A stretch of DNA of 64,000 nt. Source: an uncultured bacterium (GTDB taxonomy: Bacteria; Zixibacteria; MSB-5A5; UBA10806). Position numbers and translations under genes: made by a program. Numbering within the stretch: position 1 is the stretch's first letter; every line of letters starts with the position of its first letter. Under the pieces are notes generated by a model. That model did not search any database and was not told the origin of the DNA. It saw only the letters and a list, made by a program, of their open reading frames with translations. The stretch lies in the NCBI GenBank assembly GCA_965541585.1, contig CBEUCH010000011.1:59557-123556 (forward strand). Reading direction: 5' to 3'. Shown piece by piece: positions 59,208 through 64,000 of this stretch.

Positions 59208-60812
59208 ATGAAGAAACATACTTTCAAAAGCTTACTTATCTCGGTCGCCGTCATATCCGGGATAGCCATTCTGGCCGGCTGCCCTTCCTCAGAATTGGGA
59301 GGAGTTCGCATAGACAATGTGTCACCCTGGGTGGAATGGTCGAATACGCCCCAGGATTTGCAGCAGCATTCGGCAAATCCGAAGCTCTTCTGGTTCGGTT
59401 CCGACGGTGACGGCCAGATCATAGATTATGAATATGTTGTATTGCTTGAGGAGGATGTCGATACCGGGGGCGGCATCGACCAGATGGCCTCCGATTTCCC
59501 GGAATCTATCGAGTGGACTTCTCTCGGTAACATAACAGAGGCGGTGATTCCGCTCTTCGCCTCTACAGATACTGCCGAATATGTCGATCAATACGTCTTC
59601 TTAAGATGTATAGATGACAAAGATACTTATTCGGAGATTATTTATCTGTTTCTATCCCGCAACAACCATCCGCCTACATGTTTTGTGACGGTACCGCTGG
59701 GTCCCCGGTGGTGCCTCCCCGATACGAATGAGTTCTGGAGTGGTATCAGTGTTTCATGGGAGGGCAAGGATTCGCTCGATTATGAAGGTATTCAGCCGGA
59801 TTTCCTGTGGCACGTGAGAATATACGGGCCGTTCCTTACTGTACCTGACTCGACGGATACGCTTGGGCAATACGGTGTGTTCGTGGATCCTGAGACAGGA
59901 GTCGACACGCTGACGATTACAGGTATGGCTATTGTCGATCTCCAGACAGGCTGGTACATACTTTATGTAAAGAATTTCGACGATGCTCACGTGTCCTCCA
60001 TCCCCGCACTTGGGATCTTCGAAGTCTATGAGCCTAAATGGATAAGATATCCCGACGAAGCCATTGATATCCTGGTCGTTAATCAATCGCGATTTCAGCC
60101 TCTACCCGGGAATCTCCCATCGAGCTGGGAAGATTCGGTTGTAATTTTTTATGAGAATCTGCTTGCTGATGCCGGCTTTACCGATGATCAATGGGATTGG
60201 ACCGATGAATCGAATCTTACTCGATCATTGCTCTACAATTATAGAATGGTAATTGTGGATGATATCGATTGGAACGGGAATATCACCGGTGTCGAAGAAG
60301 AGCTTTCCCTTTACATGAATGTTGGCGGGATGCTATGGGTCAACGGCAGGTTTAGTTTCAGCGATATACCCAATCAGGAAGGACGAGTCGACTACGGCCT
60401 GAATGATCCGGACCATCCTTTACCTTATCCATACCTCGGCATATCGTTCGCGTATTTCCCGCCGGCGGTTCTGACCTTCTCGGAATTTGAAGGCGCCAGG
60501 CAGATATTGGCCGGCCTACCAGTTCTAGACGTTGACACGCTGAAGATTCAGGGAATGGCCGGTAGCTTCGATTACGCTGTGCCTCGTGTGGAGTATTTAT
60601 CGAAAGTAATCGGCGCTCAGACTCTTTACAAATTTAGGGCCATAAATCCACAGTTGTCTGGAACGTTCCATGAATTCCCGGTGGCATTGAGATATGAAAC
60701 CAGTGTGTTCAAGTCCTCTCATTTCTCGTTCCCGCTGTTTCTCATGGAATATGACCAGGCATCTGAAGTTGCCGATCAGATGCTGGATTGGTTCCTGAGC
60801 GAATCACAGTAG
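59208..60812 (+). CDS. Hypothetical lipoprotein
   Basis: Lipobox ILAGC; W.GSDGDG.I..YEY motif; last gene of the TonB/PorV operon. Confidence 0.75.
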   Translation: MKKHTFKSLLISVAVISGIAILAGCPSSELGGVRIDNVSPWVEWSNTPQDLQQHSANPKLFWFGSDGDGQIIDYEYVVLLEEDVDTGGGIDQMASDFPESIEWTSLGNITEAVIPLFASTDTAEYVDQYVFLRCIDDKDTYSEIIYLFLSRNNHPPTCFVTVPLGPRWCLPDTNEFWSGISVSWEGKDSLDYEGIQPDFLWHVRIYGPFLTVPDSTDTLGQYGVFVDPETGVDTLTITGMAIVDLQTGWYILYVKNFDDAHVSSIPALGIFEVYEPKWIRYPDEAIDILVVNQSRFQPLPGNLPSSWEDSVVIFYENLLADAGFTDDQWDWTDESNLTRSLLYNYRMVIVDDIDWNGNITGVEEELSLYMNVGGMLWVNGRFSFSDIPNQEGRVDYGLNDPDHPLPYPYLGISFAYFPPAVLTFSEFEGARQILAGLPVLDVDTLKIQGMAGSFDYAVPRVEYLSKVIGAQTLYKFRAINPQLSGTFHEFPVALRYETSVFKSSHFSFPLFLMEYDQASEVADQMLDWFLSESQ

Positions 60813-60837
60813 GCAGGATTTAGTATTCTGAGTGATC

Positions 60838-60869
60838 AGGGGCGCCGCATTCCGGCGCCCTTTTCTTTT
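60838..60869 (+). terminator. Rho-independent terminator
   Basis: GGGCGCCG-CATTC-CGGCGCCC followed by TTTTCTTTT. Confidence 0.8.
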
Positions 60870-60906
60870 AGCAAAGGCCGGGGCATGCTGCTATATTTGG
60901 CCCGGC

Positions 60907-61857
60907 ATGAAAACAAACGTCCCCGATTTCCCGGAGATAGCAGTTGCGGGCCATCTGGTTTGCGATGAGATAACCCTTCCTGACGGCGAGACCACCACGG
61001 CACTGGGCGGGATCTCATATAACATCGCTGCCCTGACGTCCATAATGGCCGGGGGCAGGCTCCTCACGGTCTGCGAAATCGGACTCGATATAAAAGTTCA
61101 GGTGTTCGAGACTTTTGGATCATATGAGGTTTTTGATGGATCTGCGATCAGGATAACATCGCTGCCGAACGTCGTTAACCGGTTGGTCTATAATAAGCAG
61201 GGCAACCGGGATGAATGGAATTCCCGAAGACCGCAGCCGCTTTCGCTTGACAAGATTGCTGATGACATCGACGCTTTGCTTCTTAATTTTATCTCCGGGG
61301 ATGATGTTACATTGGATGAGTTAAGGCGGTTTCGAAAACGTTTCGGGGGGATCGTTTACTGCGATTTCCATAGCCTCGCTCTCGGTCATGACCGCGACAA
61401 CAAAAGGCATTACAGGAAACACCCCGGCTGGCATAAATATCTATCTTATGTCGATATGGTGCAGATGAACAAAGCGGAGCTATCCACCATCGTCGGATAC
61501 GAGTCCGAGGAGAAAACGCAGATTGCAGCCGATTGCAGGATACTCCACGAGGCAGGACCGGAAACGGTCCTCATTACGATGGGCAAAGATGGTGTTCTGT
61601 TGTCTACTGGATCCGGCCGGCAGGTTTTTCATATTCCATCTCTGAATGTCATTGAGGTCGATACGACCGGTTGCGGGGATACGCTGGCGGCGGCTATGAT
61701 ATATTACTACGTAATCTCCGATGATATCCTCCAGTCTGCTCTAAAAGCCAACCGTTATGCGGCCGCCAAGGCCACTTTTTCGGGGCTTGAGGGATTCAGG
61801 CGGATGGATGAGATCCTCGATCAGATCGGTAACGCTGCAGAGCCGGTCAGGCTTTAA
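60907..61857 (+). CDS. PfkB family carbohydrate kinase
   Basis: GG..YN, MN..E, ITMG..G and DTTGCGD motifs. Start reassigned to ATG 60907, downstream of the terminator. Confidence 0.85.
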   Translation: MKTNVPDFPEIAVAGHLVCDEITLPDGETTTALGGISYNIAALTSIMAGGRLLTVCEIGLDIKVQVFETFGSYEVFDGSAIRITSLPNVVNRLVYNKQGNRDEWNSRRPQPLSLDKIADDIDALLLNFISGDDVTLDELRRFRKRFGGIVYCDFHSLALGHDRDNKRHYRKHPGWHKYLSYVDMVQMNKAELSTIVGYESEEKTQIAADCRILHEAGPETVLITMGKDGVLLSTGSGRQVFHIPSLNVIEVDTTGCGDTLAAAMIYYYVISDDILQSALKANRYAAAKATFSGLEGFRRMDEILDQIGNAAEPVRL

Positions 61858-62011
61858 GTCGATATAGTACCGTAATAACCTTGACAATTATAGAACTCTG
61901 GCGGTAGAATCTGCCCGGATGACATTATGATTGAGCGGCGCTCAAGAGTCCGGTCTGCCGGGCATGTAGACCGCACGTGATCAGGTCTTGTTTCAAGAAC
62001 GGGGTGGTAAT

Positions 62012-62608
62012 TTGAGATACTCCAGATTAATATTTCCGGTTTTGATGGTTACGCTTCTCGCCGGCGACGCTTCTGCGTTTATCTTTGGCATCCGGTATTC
62101 CAATTTGAATGAACCGATCTTACCGGCCATTGAAAGTCAGGATACCAGGGGACGGTTAGGTGTATATTTCGGGGGGAGGGAGAGAGGCCACGATCTGCTG
62201 CTCGGTCTCGATTACGACCGCTATAAAGAAGAGCGGGGAGACACACTGCTTTATTCGCGACGTATAACTGCCAGTATCGGATATCGCTACCGGCTCTTCT
62301 CAGTGAAGAAGGCAGAGGGTATGAAGATGATGCCCTTTATCGGAGTTCATTATTTTAAGAGTTTCGGCAAGGTCGAGGCCGATACTTCGGTGATGTCATC
62401 TTCAGACAGACAGTATTATAAAGACCTGACCAACGACCAGGGGATGAGGGTTTCGCTGGGCGCAGAATATTATTTTGCCCCCCCGTTCAGCCTCGGTTGC
62501 GAGGGGGGGATACGGTATACAAAGGCAAAATCCAAAGCCTACGGATACACGATTAAGATATCGGAGTATAAGACTTTCGCCGCCATACTCCTGAGTTTCT
62601 ACTGGTAA
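62012..62608 (+). CDS. Small outer-membrane beta-barrel protein
   Basis: Signal peptide after GGTGG-TTG, alternating beta strands and terminal aromatic residue (LLSFYW). Confidence 0.65.
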   Translation: MRYSRLIFPVLMVTLLAGDASAFIFGIRYSNLNEPILPAIESQDTRGRLGVYFGGRERGHDLLLGLDYDRYKEERGDTLLYSRRITASIGYRYRLFSVKKAEGMKMMPFIGVHYFKSFGKVEADTSVMSSSDRQYYKDLTNDQGMRVSLGAEYYFAPPFSLGCEGGIRYTKAKSKAYGYTIKISEYKTFAAILLSFYW

Positions 62609-62741
62609 CCTGTTGAGTCGCAATAAATTGTAGGTCAAAACCCCCGGGTTTTGACGCCTGGCAGGCGCCGATTTTCCTTGACAGATTTTCAACCTGTTAG
62701 TAGATTCTATATTAAGAGAGTCAAGGTCATAGGGGGTTTCC

Positions 62742-64000
62742 ATTCGAAGCCTGATAGTTTCCATATCAATATTATTGCTGGCATCGCCTGTATTTTGCCA
62801 GGTGGATACGCTTCAGCTGGTGGAGATCGGCAGTATCGAGGCGCCGGCGGAGATCACGGATCTGTATATCGAGGATCTGGACGGCGACAGCCTGAAAGAG
62901 ATTATTCTCACGACCGCAACAAATATTCATGTATACAACGGCATAACCTACGAAGAGATCTGGACCAGCCCCGAGCTTAATAATCCGAAGGATCTGCTTT
63001 TTGAGGATATAAACCTCGATGGACTTATTGATTTCTCGGTCAAAGACACCACCAATATTCATCTGTTTGATCCCCATAACGATACTGTCATCTGGACCAG
63101 CCCGGCCATAGACAGTACCTACAGGTGCTATACGATCGGGGATAGGAATGATGATGAATGGATCGATGTGGCTATTGTGAACCAGATACCTGTATATTAT
63201 GGATCGGATTACGATACAGCCTGGGTAACTATTTATAACGGACCTGCTTATATCGAGCAAATGTCATTTTCTTTACCTTTGTTGAATTTTTACCGTAGCT
63301 ACCCATATCCTTGGTATTGGCATTTTCATGTGGAGATACCTATCAAGATTGAGATAAAACAAATCTTTGGCGCGGAAGGTCTGCGGCCAATAATTGTTCT
63401 GTTTTCACGAATCTATGATGAGTATCATCCGCTTCTTGGCATCTGGGAAATCTTGACTAGCGGCGATATTTTCGTATATGACGGGATTGAACTTGCGAGT
63501 CTTAATCAAATTACTATTGGCAAATTGGCATATGATGCCATAATTGTCGTGGAGGGAGAGAGATTTCTATACACGATTACATCAAGAGAATATCTTTATG
63601 ATCCTTACTATGAATTTTGGGCTCGTGTGAATATTCTATCAACGGATAGTTTAATTGCATCAGATACCTTGTTCTTCTGTATCAATTGTATGTGGAACGG
63701 CTTTGTTATCGCAGACATTAACCAGGCCCATCCGGGCAAAGAGATATGTTATGGCAGTTCCGATTCCTTACGTCTTGTTTCATCTATTATACTCGAGCCT
63801 ATATGGCAAACGGCCGGTCCGAACCACCCTTATAGGGTATTATTCAACTATACAGCCGAATCCCAGTTTGAAAGTCCCCAGATTGTCTGCGGCTATGGTC
63901 AGGAGGTCAGCGAATATCGATTATACGATGGTTCTGACGGCTTACTATCCGCCGTATTATCTGATTTTAATTATCTAATATCCCGGATCACTGATATAGA
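62742..64000 (+). CDS. Secreted FG-GAP-like repeat protein, 3'-partial, apparent ATT start
   Basis: Frame is open from 62742 to the window end. Signal peptide (I/M)RSLIVSISILLLASPVFC and DLDGDSLKEI, DINLDGLID, DRNDDEWID repeats. Not in the ORF track. Confidence 0.78.
   Translation, partial: MRSLIVSISILLLASPVFCQVDTLQLVEIGSIEAPAEITDLYIEDLDGDSLKEIILTTATNIHVYNGITYEEIWTSPELNNPKDLLFEDINLDGLIDFSVKDTTNIHLFDPHNDTVIWTSPAIDSTYRCYTIGDRNDDEWIDVAIVNQIPVYYGSDYDTAWVTIYNGPAYIEQMSFSLPLLNFYRSYPYPWYWHFHVEIPIKIEIKQIFGAEGLRPIIVLFSRIYDEYHPLLGIWEILTSGDIFVYDGIELASLNQITIGKLAYDAIIVVEGERFLYTITSREYLYDPYYEFWARVNILSTDSLIASDTLFFCINCMWNGFVIADINQAHPGKEICYGSSDSLRLVSSIILEPIWQTAGPNHPYRVLFNYTAESQFESPQIVCGYGQEVSEYRLYDGSDGLLSAVLSDFNYLISRITDI

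Noticed and set aside
1..64000. CRISPR array, rRNA, transposase or phage genes
   Set aside because: No regularly spaced repeats, rRNA-like sequence, or transposase, integrase or phage motifs were seen.

Overview
Bacterial chromosomal window, almost entirely + strand. The many secreted proteins with YPNPFN...LLK C-terminal sorting domains, plus PorV and bacillithiol genes in a diderm, suggest an FCB-associated lineage such as Zixibacteria (inference only). In order: (1) an RND efflux pair translationally coupled to bshC-bshA-bshB1; (2) a tRNA-Sec with an unusual 7/5 acceptor/T fold, whose 3' end is duplicated 5.1 kb downstream, enclosing an integrase-less islet (zinc-ribbon rhomboid, LVIVD protein, DUF885-like lipoprotein); (3) a RelA-zinc-finger/winged-helix fusion gene divergent from selD(Sec)-selA-selB-amidohydrolase; (4) nfeD-slipin, asnS and an FG-GAP secreted protein flanked by nested palindromic repeats; (5) the yceD-rpmF-plsX-fabH-fabD-fabG-acpP-fabF-rnc block and a lone etfB; (6) a 1734-aa kinase-STAND-TPR-GAF-sigma54 activator, followed by a predicted sigma54/IHF promoter; (7) a tandem array of six paralogous secreted Asp-box proteins with homogenised or mosaic C-termini (one 337-bp exact repeat, one frameshifted copy); (8) a TonB receptor/CTD protein/PorV/lipoprotein operon, a PfkB kinase, a small OMP and a partial FG-GAP-like gene that appears to start at ATT. 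All comparisons were made by eye, and no database searches were run.
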